From NCBI GenBank assembly GCA_030141605.1, contig JAQGDQ010000500.1, forward strand, positions 98,300 through 162,299: a stretch of 64,000 nucleotides of DNA, read 5' to 3'. This document shows, piece by piece, positions 52,387 through 64,000 of this stretch; positions within the stretch are counted from its first letter, which is position 1; every line of letters starts with the position of its first letter. Both the position numbers and the translations under genes were made by a program. This DNA comes from Tubiluchus corallicola (lineage: Eukaryota > Animalia > Priapulida). The notes under the pieces are model-generated. The model made no database searches. It had not been told where the DNA came from and saw nothing but the letters and a program-made list of their open reading frames with translations.

Positions 52387-55300
52387 TTAATCAGAAAACC
52401 ATGGCTGTCCATGAATAGCTTCCCACCGCCAACGCTCATAATCGCTAACATCATGTGATGTATCCAGGTCACTATCGACATACGTGTCCGACAAAATCCG
52501 CTCCCGTTCCTCCAGAACACGCCGGACACGCTCCTGCTCTTCTTCCTCCTCATCAGAACGAGACCGCCGCCTGGGACGGCCAGGCGACGGTGGCCAGGGG
52601 CATCCAGGAAGAGCAAATCCATGCTCCTTCCTGAATCCAACACTCTCCCTCCACTCCTCGATACCCCTGGCAACGGAGTCCTCCGAGTCGCTGCTACCCA
52701 CAGAGGAGGTAGACGATCGACGCAGCTCCTCCGGATGGAACGCCTGTGGGTAGCAGGCCGCCTCACAAACATCTCCAACTGGAGCTGGAACGTCCTAAAA
52801 ATAAAAAAGCAATAATTTAGTTTACACAAAAGTACTACGCTGTGTATATAAAATAGAATCTAATATCGGGTGGCACAGAAAAAATGCACCAAAGTTTTGT
52901 TACAATAATATCAAAAGCAAGTTCCCTACAAACAAGGCTGAAGTTTCTCTGTATTAGTCCTTGCATGTAAATTTTACAAGTTTGAAAAGGTTGAAATTAT
53001 GGTTGAAAAGCTTTTCCAGGTTAAAAATTTAATTATCCAAACAATAATTATCCAAAGCTAATAACTAACTGGAAAAAAACAGGCAGGTTGATGTATGAAG
53101 TACTCAACAGATGGCAGCACAACATGGCATTACAATGCGTTAACTTTTCACTATAAAAGCAGATGAAAAAACGTTGAAACAATTTCAGCTAGGCACATAA
53201 GAAAAACAGTTACAGTTAATGTATTAAGCCTTTAACAGAGGGCAGCAAAATATTCATTTACTCATATATACACAGCAGAATTATGCCAGAGTCAACAGAT
53301 CTTAATCATCTTGACATAGAACATTTGAAACAACTTAAACGGGAAATTGCACGGAGCCTTTTTGATGCAGAACAGGAACAAAGAGTAGAAAGTATTGAGC
53401 TCTAGCTGGGGACCAAATAGCCCTTTTTAGAACAGTCTTCAAAGGAACGCCACCCTTTTTGATATACTTGTCGAATGTCCACACACTTGGCATTTGCAAA
53501 AAGATAAAAATATGATATTTATCACAACATTTGTGCGATTTTCCATTTATTTTAACTTATAAGAATAGAGCATGCATCAAAAACCACTTTAACCACATAG
53601 CTGTAAGAATTACAAATAGTTCCAGCAAAAATATTTACATAATTATATATGCATGTACAAGAACAATGCACATATGCACTAGACAAACCTGGCACTAAAA
53701 GTGTTTAATACGTGCAGGCTTACAGTACTGTTGAATATTTATAAAAAATATAAAGAGATTTAAAAATATTAGTTTCGTAACACAAAACACAATCTGTACT
53801 AAATGGTTCAATTAATTTGTTTATAGTATGAACTGTAAATATACAGTTTGCCAACTATACTTTTAAGCAGGCCCAATTCTGCCAAACCCTTGTACAAATA
53901 TACAGTTTGCGAACTATACTTTTAAACTGTACAAATATATAGTTATCTTTCTTATTATGGTGTCATAGTTTTCAATTTCTTAATAAGAACAATGGCATGA
54001 GTTTGATAAATGTCTCACGATATCAGGGAACTTTATATCATTTTTAATAAGAAAAAAATCAACGTTTCCATTGCACATTAGCAGTTGTCAGCAGGAAAAA
54101 AGAAATTAATTAAAAAAATAGGAATAAATTATCTTAATTTTTAAATTTCTTATCACTTACATGCTACCTTATTGTGCACAAAACCTAGATAAGCAGTAAT
54201 GCTGTATAAAACTTGAAACTTCAAAGGCAAGACATTTGAATAAAGTTTAGATAACATTGGGTAAACTTTAAAGAATAGGAACTAAACAAATGTATAAATT
54301 ACTTTGTGTTGTCAATAGGATCAATAATGTGTTTTTGGTGAATCAGTGGTGCACACTGGGAAGGCGCTTGCAATGCCGTCTTAACAGTTGGTGGGAACAT
54401 TTTAAATTATTTAGAATTTCCTTTTCTAGTTAGCACAGTGTTCGTCAATCATGTAAGCTTATATACTAAGTAATATGACTTTGTGTGGAAAGTTTTTTTG
54501 CGATAAACAATAAAATCATCTTTTCCCTTTTTAATAAAAATTATATAAAATTTGTTGTGATTTAGTTGACTGAGACGAAAGTGAGATTCAATTAGTGAGA
54601 TTTAAGGAATCTTTCATTCTTATTACAAGAATTTACAATTTTTACAACAAAATCTGCCATTGTTAATTACTTTTAACAATGTATATTTGATTGGAAAAAC
54701 TTGGACCACAATGCAAATGCATTATATTGATGAGCAAACGCTTTGAACAATAAACATGATACAGGATGGACTAGAAAAAATTACCTGCACAATCTTTAAT
54801 AAAACAGAAGCTCGAGCTTTTAATATTTCTTTACGCAAAACAGCTTATGATATTTTCTATGTACATTTAGATTCATGTACAGTAAATTTTCATTCAAACA
54901 AGAATATGTGTACAAAAGTGTACATATTACATAAATTATTGTAAGCATAAATATTATATATAACTATTGTTATTCTGTTTGCTTTTATGGTTTAGGATTA
55001 GGGTTAGGGTTAGAACTTGCAGTGTTTTTCTGTACAACCATGTAATAATAAAGTAATAAGCTATTCTACCTCAACAGCAGCAACTGCAGTCCGCCGTCGA
55101 GCATAAGGGTGCGGCCTGAAATTAGCAGGCCGCACCCGACGAACTGGCAAAACACGCCCCACTCCAGTTGGATAAGCTCTGAAAAATAAATCCTTGTTTA
55201 GCAAACATGTAAGCCTCTAAAAAGTCGTTAATATGACCTCTTGCATTTGCTCACTAAAATCGGGGGTGGGGTGTCATCGGGGAGATGCTGTATAACTCAT

Positions 55301-56936
55301 AGCAAAATGAAAACTACTTTGGTGGCTATTTGCGTCGTCACATGGGCCGATTATTATGCTGGCATTTGGCGTGTTATTAAGTCATATAAAACCTACGTAA
55401 AGTATCAGTTAATACGTTAATACGTCCATTTACTGTTTCTGCATAAAAAGCAAAAGACGTTTGTGCATTACTGAACATTGGGAGCTTGTGAGTTTCTTCC
55501 GCTAATTTTTTTCATTTCTTAAAGATGTCTAACAGCATGTTTTTGCATATTAGCCCTGCTCGTTAGAGACAAAGTTTAACCAGCTTTGTGGTTTTATTCA
55601 TAATAATAAAAAGTTGAAATTTAAGGGTTGAAAGTCAGTTCTAACTTTGCACTTCTGACAATTGTACATGAAATAAAAATACAGTAAAATTAAGATTTCT
55701 TTTTGTCAGGTTTAAGTTATAAAAAAATCCGCTTACCTGGTCACACGCAAGGCCGGGACAGGCACCGCCTCCAGCTCAAAGGGACAATTACCCATCACGT
55801 AGTGCCTGCCCCGACCCTCCACCACGTTGCCCTGTCCTCCACACCAATGAAAATTCGGGCACCTTCGCCTAAAAGAGACAAAAATCATTTTCATTTTTCT
55901 ACAAAACGTACTGTCATTTTGCCAAACTTCAAAAAAAACAACAAAAAAGACTCAAAAATTACATGATGGGAAGATTCACTTCCGGTTTAATAACTTTATG
56001 GATAAACAAATTTAATAAAACTACATGTGAAATTTGTTGGAACTAATTGACTCCTATTTGCTGGTATAGAATCGGGATTGCGTATCCCAATTCACAACTC
56101 TTTTACAAAAGCAAAAAACGATATTGAATCAAACTATTCTCAAAAAAGTTCAACTCTGGTAGGTTTATTATAAACATTGACTATACAAGCTGACATATTG
56201 GCTATACTGATAAATAAAATATCAATTTTCTAGTGTTGAAAGTACAAATTTGCACATCTAACTGAAAAGAAACAGCAAATATTTTGTTGCTATGCGTTAT
56301 TCAAGAGCAAAAATTTCGGGGGTTAGCTCAATTGTCGTGTGTTCGTTTCCCACCCTGGAGGTCGCGGGTTCAATTCCTGACACGTCAGAGTAAAGATTTA
56401 ATTACCGTTCGTTCTGCCAAGCGGGTTCTATCAAGACTACTTTGAAAATAAGCTGTTATCATTGGACTATTAGTGTCCTAAACGTTATTAAGGACAATTA
56501 TAATTATTATTATTTATATAGCCATAGATTATTCATGTCTAAAACGTTTTAACCAAAATATATTAAGTCATATTGAAGTTACCCATGACTTCTTGGACGA
56601 AAATTGCTCAAAGTTGGTAGGTCAGTTGTTCAGTTACGGTTCACAACTACTCGAGTAAATTTTGTGCTCAATTAAGAAACAGCAGAATTTAGCAAACTGT
56701 CTATTTCAGCAGCTAAATGAACTACTGCAACCAACACAGTGAAATACTTGCTATGTAGAAAACCACAATTATTATGAATGTTGATACACATTAAACTCCC
56801 GAAGACAAGAAAGTAAATAGCTTGAACTCAGCCTGGATTTGAAACAGAGACATTTGAATTACGAAAACAATTTCATAACCACTAGGTCATCATGTTTCCT
56901 GGTGACTACGACATTCGTTTTTGCTTCTTCCTTCCA

Positions 56937-56995
<59 letters not shown>

Positions 56996-58205
56996 CCCAT
57001 CTCTCTCTAAATGATTACCATTACCATCACCAACATCATCACCATCACCACCATCATTATCATTACCACCATCATTGTCACCATCATCATCCTTATTCTA
57101 TTCTTATCATTACCATTATACTACGATACAAAAAACAGTGACGTAACTTTAAATGATTGTTGACGTCATTTGCTATAATCATTTTTCCTTTTGGTACAAT
57201 AATTAACAATCGAAAAATCAGCAATATCTCGGATGGAATGAAATTGTGCAGAGACAACGTTCCAGTTTGTGTCGATTAAGACGATATGAAAACTCCATGA
57301 AATGATTGTAATAAGCTAGCTGTTAATTTATTATGCATTGTTTGCTTCACAAAGACTAAACGGTAAAGTTTTGAGTAAAGTAAACAAAAACGAAACTACA
57401 AAGTAAACAAAAACGAAAACTATAGCCACTAGGTGGCGAAATGAACGGTTCTACTAGTGAAAAAGCTAATTTGTAATTATAATCGTGTCTACTTACACTG
57501 GCTTCGGCTTGCTCTGGCGTTCTTCCAGGGGTGGCCGAGCCACCACCCCTGCCACCAGCTCCCTCTGGCGCTGCCGCTCGTAGCGCCACGCACAGGCAGA
57601 CGTGGCCCTGTGCGTGGCGTACCGGGGATCCACGTTCCCTCGCCCCCCACACTCGGCGAAAAAATGGCATCTGAAAAAAGAAGAAAAACGTCATTTCATT
57701 TTACTAGTTTAACAGAAAAAGTAAACAACAGCGGTTAATACAAGACAGTAATATTATAAGAGAATACATATATATAAAGTCCATGTTAAAATAAATAAGT
57801 TATCAAGTTGTTGTGTAAACTAAGGGTATGTAGTAAATTTGATTTGACTTTTTTATCACTATAATAACACAAACTATTTTATATTGTTTAAAGTTTTGTT
57901 ACAAGAAAAACTATGTTGTGTTTACTGGCAGCAAAGTCTTCAGGTTATTGAGAATTTAGAAATTTTTAATGATTGCAAACACAACAGACGTGGGGCTGGC
58001 TTGTTAACTTAAAATGTTTCAAAAATAAACTGTAAGATGATCCTGTAAAAAGTCATAAATAAAGAATAATCTCACACCACACGAGACTAACAGCAGAAAA
58101 ATATTTCTGTATGTTTGGACAACGGTACATATGCACAAAATAAAAAAGTAAATGGAAAGGTTTTCTGGCTAAAAAGCAAAATTTCTTTACTTACCGCTTA
58201 GGCAT
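52387..58205 (-). CDS. Uncharacterised 277-aa protein with two divergent C2HC (MYT1-like) zinc fingers, an RPHPY motif and an acidic/Arg-rich tail
   Basis: Exons 58205-58195, 57670-57497, 55868-55737, 55178-55070 and 52794-52387; GT-AG introns with compatible phases (2,2,2,0), 834 nt open. The four larger exons are GC-rich islands in AT-rich DNA. Fingers: CHFFAECGGRGNVDPRYATHRATSAC and CPNFHWCGGQGNVVEGRGRHYVMGNCP. Confidence 0.78.
56318..56388 (+). mobile_element. tRNA-derived SINE head or tRNA pseudogene
   Basis: A-box-like TAGCTCAATTG and B-box GGTTCAATTCC at tRNA spacing; no convincing acceptor stem. Confidence 0.55.
56941..57092. repeat. (CT)n and (CAT/CAC)n microsatellites
   Basis: Directly visible. 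Confidence 0.9.
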
Positions 58206-59899
58206 GTTAACTCAAGATCGTTCAATCTGAAATAAGCAAAAAAATAAATTGTTATTTACGGCTCGGTCAGCTAAAACCATTTTAGCAATGTCAAGATTCT
58301 AACTGCACAGGATCTAGAGTTCAAATCACACGAGTTTCATGACGATACGATCATTTGTTACAGAAATACAAGAGAAAACCCTATTGTGGACAGTGGACGA
58401 ACAGACACACGGACAGTAGGGTCATTTAAAATTTAAATATTCAACAAGAAAATAGAGAAACTTACCAATTTGATATCGCTGTTAATACACGGGTATCTGA
58501 AAAACATAACAACTTTTAATTACATGCAATAAATGTTAACTTTCTTATGATTTTATAGCAACTCTGATGTTAATATACAGGGTCAAAATAAGTAATAACG
58601 AATATGAAGTCTTGATGAAGAAAGCTTGATAAACAAATAAACACTAGTAGTTAGCCATCTTAGAATGGAATGCTTAATCTGAAAAAATGTACACCAATAT
58701 AATATCATAGTACTTCTGGTGGTGGCAGTACCAGTAAATGTAGTACAAAATTTACATGTAAAAGTGTGTACTTAATTACCATCTTGGTAATTTAAAATTT
58801 GAAAAAAGACAAAGTTTGGATCTGAAAAAATGACAATTTTTAATTACGTGCATTAAAAGTTAATTTTCTCATGAAATTATAGCAGCTCTAATGTGAATTT
58901 ACAGTCCTCATAATATTATAGCAGCTCCGATGTGAATCTACAGTCCTCATAATATTATAGCAGGTCTGACGTGAATCTACAGTCCTGCATTTAGCAAGCT
59001 GTCTGCCAGTATTCAAAGTCAGTGGATACTTTAATGAACAACCTTGTGGCTGGTCAAAATGCGTACCCCCATGATTCTTCAAAAGGCACACAATTATAGA
59101 TAAGTTCACCACGAGTCATTATTCATTCATCATACAGTAGTCACTATTCATTTATTAACCGGGCTTTATGTTGCTTAACTTCGTTTGCGGAGATCATTAA
59201 TCTTGCTGGCAAATTTTCATTTTTTGGCAGACGTGTCACTGATAACGAAAAATACAAACACATCAAGGGCTACTTAATTTCCTTACAAAAATCAGCACTT
59301 ATCTTAAACAGCCATTTGAGAGTTCAATCATAAACGCGTAATTTAAATTTGAACAGCAACATTTTTAACTGTGCTGTTTTTTCTACAGCATGAAGATTGG
59401 CTTCTTTATGACACTGAAAATTTATTTACCAGACTCAGTATGAAGCCAGCTGATAAAGCCATTTTTGTTTCACAGGGTGGAGGTAAAAATTTTAATAAAA
59501 AATCGTCAATCCGTAGATTTATAACTAGTCTTTCATAAGTGACACGTTGAGCAGTTACTGTGGTAAATATTTATCTCTCGATTTTAACCAAAGACAGTCA
59601 GACAATAGAAATAGAATCATTTTTATTTCGCATACGTGAACAAACACGCTTCCGTGTTATTTGATCAGAGCATTTCAGCTTGTTAGAATATTTCTACTAC
59701 GCCGTTTCTTTTGCGACACCCTGTACAAACGTTTCTGGGTCACTGGCTGTCGAATTTTTATTCATTTTTATTCCTAAGCGACGTACTTTTCATGTAAAGA
59801 AGTTGAAGTGTGGTGAGAAAGGTCAAAGCAAACAGAGTCAAATATACAGAAATACCGAAGTAATTATAAAACACAAAAACTGGCCGAAATGCTACAACA

Positions 59900-60266
59900 G
59901 TCTACTGCTCATGCGCAGGAAAAACAGTTGTTTACATTCGAATATTTTTGAATACTTGAGCTCTAAACGTCTACTGCTCATGCGCAGGAAAAACAGTTGT
60001 TTACATTCGAATATTTTTGAATACTTGAGCTCTAAACGTCTACTGCTCATGCGCAGGAAAAACAGTTATTTACATTTGAATATTTTTGATGACTTGAGCT
60101 CTAAACGTCTACTGCTCATGCGCAGGAAATCTAGTTGTTTACATTTGAACATTTTTGAATACTTGAGCTCTAAACGTCTACTGCTCATGCGCAGGAAAAA
60201 CAGTTGTTTACATTTGAATCTTTAAATACTTGAGCTCTAAACGTCTACTGCTCATGCGCAGGAAAA
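59900..60266. repeat. 69-bp minisatellite, ~5.3 copies
   Basis: Unit gtctactgctcatgcgcaggaaaaacagttgtttacattcgaatatttttgaatacttgagctctaaac. Confidence 0.95.
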
Positions 60267-60561
60267 TTGTTAGCAAATTTTCTTATCTTAAACGTATAAC
60301 AAGGAAATAAATTAATGCCTGTCTTAGCACTGCATTTATTTCTATTGCATACTGAATTAACGCAGATTTGTCTAGTGTTAGTTTAAATTTGTCACAAATG
60401 GAACAAAAGTAAAAAAAACGTCTTTATTATTGACTAAACACACTGATGTTCAGCATAACGGAAATAACAGCATAACTGATAAATAAGTGGGTTAAAATGG
60501 AACAAGTTGTGGGCCTATTTACTTATTTTTTTTCGAAAATCAGTCTTAAATTTTACATGCA

Positions 60562-60990
60562 GTAGAGATGGGCGGATAGCTGATTTGCAGTATACGGATG
60601 CGGTGCCCGCACTGATTGTGTGAAATTGCGGATTAAGGATAGTGCATCATTTGCAGTTATGCGGATTTTTAATGTCAAAAATTGGGATTTTACGCGGAAT
60701 TTCAGCGCGCAAAAACCACGCATGGAAAATTTTCGACGCAAAACATTCCTTACAATTACAAATATTATAGTTTTTTGCTCCAACATTTTATGGTTTATGT
60801 TAGGCAAAATTGCTTTACCTGGTCTGGCCTCTTAATTTATTATTGAATGGTGATTATAACTTCATACAAAAAGCGGTTTTACACATACGGCAAGTTTAGC
60901 TTAAAGTAGTTTTTGCTTATATGTTTACGGATTATGTGACGCGGATTTTCAAATTTCATTCAATCCGCGTTTTGCGGATGCGGACACGTC
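60562..60990. mobile_element. Possible hAT-like non-autonomous element remnant
   Basis: Begins TAGAGATGGGCGGAT, resembling an Ac-type TIR, with dispersed GCGGAT subterminal motifs. No second TIR was found. Confidence 0.35.
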
Positions 60991-61508
60991 AGTTACGGAC
61001 TTCGCAGTTTGAATTTGTAAAATTAGGCTCTATAATATTTGAAATCAAATTAAAATTGAAACTAAAAGCTTCCAGTAGCAATTAGGGAATAATATATTAT
61101 GAACAGCCACATATATATTATTACATATATTATATAATATATATATATCATATATAGATATAGATTATATATATATATATTATAAAATATTTTATAATAT
61201 ATATTATCAAAATTTTATATATATATCAAAATATATATATAAAGATATCTAAATATCCAAGAATTAGCAAAAAAAACTAAAGCCGCATAGGTACATACTC
61301 ACATAGATGCACGTGTCTGCCATGTTGAAAATTTAAAAAAACGTTTTCTTACCTTAGATAATGTAAACTACATTACAGCACTCATTAATAATTATAAAGA
61401 TCACTTAAGATATGCACAATACTCAACAATAAACAATATCAAAACACAACGAGAAAAATAAATGATATTCATTACAAGATATTAAATAAGTTCACACTAT
61501 CTACTTAC

Positions 61509-61620
61509 GTCGCTCAAAAACTAAGGAGACTGTATCTCAGTTGTCCAGTTCTTTTATACTCGAAATGGTTTCGGACGGGTCTATTTTAACAAGAAAGGGT
61601 GAAGTCTTTAGCCAATCAGT
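61509..61620 (-). promoter_or_regulatory. Candidate core promoter and first non-coding exon of the zinc-finger gene
   Basis: Minus strand: TATAAAAG at 61558-61551, Inr-like CAGT with A at 61531 (27 nt downstream), and a donor gac|GTAAGT at 61508. A CCAAT box lies at ~61612. Confidence 0.5.
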
Positions 61621-61838
61621 GTTCTCAGAATTAGAAACGCGTCGTACAGCGTAATACAGTAGCCCAGTTGTAGGTCTCTAGCACAGTTGTAAGTCTAGTA
61701 GAGTAACACAGTAGTTGGTCCAGCTAACATTTCAGTACTTCAGGTATTTGAGTTCTAAACAATCAACAACCATAACTGTATGTCTACGTGACTGTAGTAT
61801 AGTCTATGTTTTGATACGTTGATCATGGCCGCCAAGCA

Positions 61839-61841
<3 letters not shown>

Positions 61842-61912
<71 letters not shown>

Positions 61913-61940
61913 TTCTTTGTCTCTCCCTCCCCCTCTCTCT
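61842..61940. repeat. (CT)n microsatellite
   Basis: Directly visible. Confidence 0.95.
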
Positions 61941-62475
61941 TTTATGCAACAATTTTACAACTGATAATGTAATAAATTCATGATTGTTATAAAATAAACT
62001 TAGTATTGTTAAATTTTGAAACCAAACTCGCCTGAAAGAAAATTGTAGGGGTACAGCTTCCATTTGAACCAGGAACTCTTTGTTTACAAGTCGACGCTAT
62101 GACCACTACCTTATTTCTGTCGCGAACGGTGATCATGAGAGATGTATATTTAATCTGTATAATTCATGAGAGATGTATAATGGACGTTTTCCCAACAAAT
62201 CACAAAGAAATGGCATCTATCTTCATGTGTCAAGACATTTTATTTACGTGGACATTTATTTATGTATGTATGATAGGCAGCACTAGTAATGTAAGCAATG
62301 ATAGTTCAAAAAACAAACGAGAAAATCATTAATCCTTTACATGGGAAGAAACAGCTTAAACTTAGGAGAAACACAGATAATAATTAATAATGCCAGAAAA
62401 ACTAACAACAGTAAGAGCAAAAATTTATAGTTGTAAGTACTGGGTTAGAGTTACATAAGTTGACAAAAGATGGCG

Positions 62476-62476
<1 letters not shown>

Positions 62477-62518
<42 letters not shown>

Positions 62519-62550
62519 CACACACACACACGCACGCACACACACACACG
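62477..62550. repeat. (CA)n microsatellite
   Basis: Directly visible. Confidence 0.95.
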
Positions 62551-62600
62551 TGAACTTGGCATAGGTTCTTCCAGCATCAAATATTCATTTACATAATGTA

Positions 62601-62720
62601 GACTACGGCCAAATGACGTTTAAATGACCGGTTCTCGTCTGACCACCGAAGTTAAGCAACGTAGAGCCTGGTTAGTACTTGGATGGGTGACCGCCTAGGA
62701 ATACCAGGTGCTGTAGGCTT
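62601..62720 (+). rRNA. Full-length 5S rRNA-derived sequence (SINE head or 5S pseudogene)
   Basis: gactacggcc...ccggttctcgtctgaccaccgaagttaagcaacgtagagcctggttagtacttggatgggtgaccgcctaggaataccaggtgctgtaggctt is a 120-nt match to metazoan 5S rRNA with its internal control region. No oligo-T terminator follows. Confidence 0.8.
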
Positions 62721-63145
62721 GCGGGATGCGCACATTGTATCTCGACACTAGGCGGAAAAGCTGCACAAGCAACCAACGGCTAGAAGGCAGAGGAGGTCAA
62801 ATGACCCAACGGCCATGTATAGAGGAGTAAACCTTCCAAATCATGAGTGGAGCCCCAAAGGCGGACCAGTGCAGCATGCTCACTGACTCCGGCAGCTCCT
62901 GCAGCCAACCTGATGCCAAACGTATCGCTCCGCTTTCCTTTGGACTACACCAGGGAGGAAGAGAGGGGGTTCCTGTTGTCTGGGCAACTCAGGATCTCCA
63001 TACACCTTGCCCAGGCGTGCGCCCTGGAGACGTTCAAGGATCGGACTGCTCAGCCACAGTCGACGCTGCAGCTCCATCAATGTGATCAATAACTGACTCT
63101 CTTGGTGCACACTCTATTGTCTTCCGAGACAGAAGCATGCCAACA
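62601..63145 (+). mobile_element. 5S rRNA-headed SINE (SINE3) with RTE-like body and tail
   Basis: The 5S head runs directly into a ~420-bp body that is also present at 1-420. The 3' end attgtcttccgagacagaagcatgcc resembles RTE 3' termini. Confidence 0.8.
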
Positions 63146-63585
63146 CCTTACACATACCTTACACAACGCAAGAATTTATAAGATGTTCACATGAGAAAAT
63201 TCTATACCTGACGGTAATCGTATTATATGTATATATATTTACATACTTTAACGACTGCCAAGTCAAACGATACACAATTTAAAACAAAACAATAGGGTAA
63301 CATGAGGTGCTAGTTACTAAAGAAAAACAATGTAGATTGAGTAATATTTAATAAAAGTATACAGTATGCTCACGATGATGATTTCCGCAAAACATAGTCA
63401 TCATCATCAACATCGCCATCATCATCATCAACCGAGATATATATATATATACATATATATATATATGTTGATTATATGAATTGAAATGAATTTATATATA
63501 TATATACTATATATATATATTATTTAATGACAATTATACGTTATCTATATTATTCAAATTTACTGTTTTAGCTTGATTAAAGCTA

Positions 63586-63912
<327 letters not shown>

Positions 63913-64000
63913 CTCCGGATTACGTCTTGGAAATGAGAAGATGCGCGGCACGCTGGCGCCACCTGTTACGAGCAAAAGAAATGATTGTTTTTTATTTCAA

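Noticed and set aside
52248-52829. 193-aa minus-strand ORF as the real product
   Set aside because: Splice phase from the upstream exon selects the other frame (DVPAPVG...WFSD*, ending at 52387).
53100-53250. CTCF-like motifs (cagatggcagca, cagagggcagca; also ~5755 and ~63955)
   Set aside because: These are short partial matches that cannot be supported without a PWM scan or ChIP data.
54990-55012. TTAGGG repeats as a telomere
   Set aside because: Only about three imperfect units, inside an intron.
62058-62110. Minus-strand tRNA gene
   Set aside because: Only A-box- and B-box-like fragments are present with no cloverleaf; at most an old SINE remnant.
62601-62720. Functional 5S rRNA gene
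   Set aside because: It has substitutions near the 5' end, no oligo-T terminator, is not in a tandem array, and continues into a dispersed repeat body.

Overview
This is AT-rich, intron-containing animal (invertebrate-type) genomic DNA; no prokaryotic operons or CRISPR arrays are present. (1) At 7.7-32.9 kb, a tandem triplication carries three intact six-exon genes (373 aa each) for immunoglobulin-superfamily surface proteins: signal peptide, V-like, C2-like and I/C2-like domains, Gly/acidic stalk and a GPI-type tail. The constant exons are near-identical between copies, but copy 2 has a different 330-nt V exon in a non-homologous intron cassette, and copy 3 is a recombinant mosaic. (2) At 52.4-58.2 kb on the minus strand, a five-exon gene absent from the ORF track encodes a 277-aa protein with two divergent C2HC (MYT1-like) zinc fingers; it has a candidate TATA promoter at 61.5 kb and inverted paralog fragments at 35.4-36.1 and 41.3-42.1 kb. 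(3) At 33-60 kb lie about ten unrelated minisatellite arrays and a decayed palindrome centred near 49.04 kb. (4) Mobile-element debris includes two copies of a 5S-rRNA-headed SINE with an RTE-like body, a probable Kolobok-type transposase exon, LINE and Gypsy remnants and MITEs. All gene models, identities and copy numbers were derived by eye and need computational and transcript confirmation.
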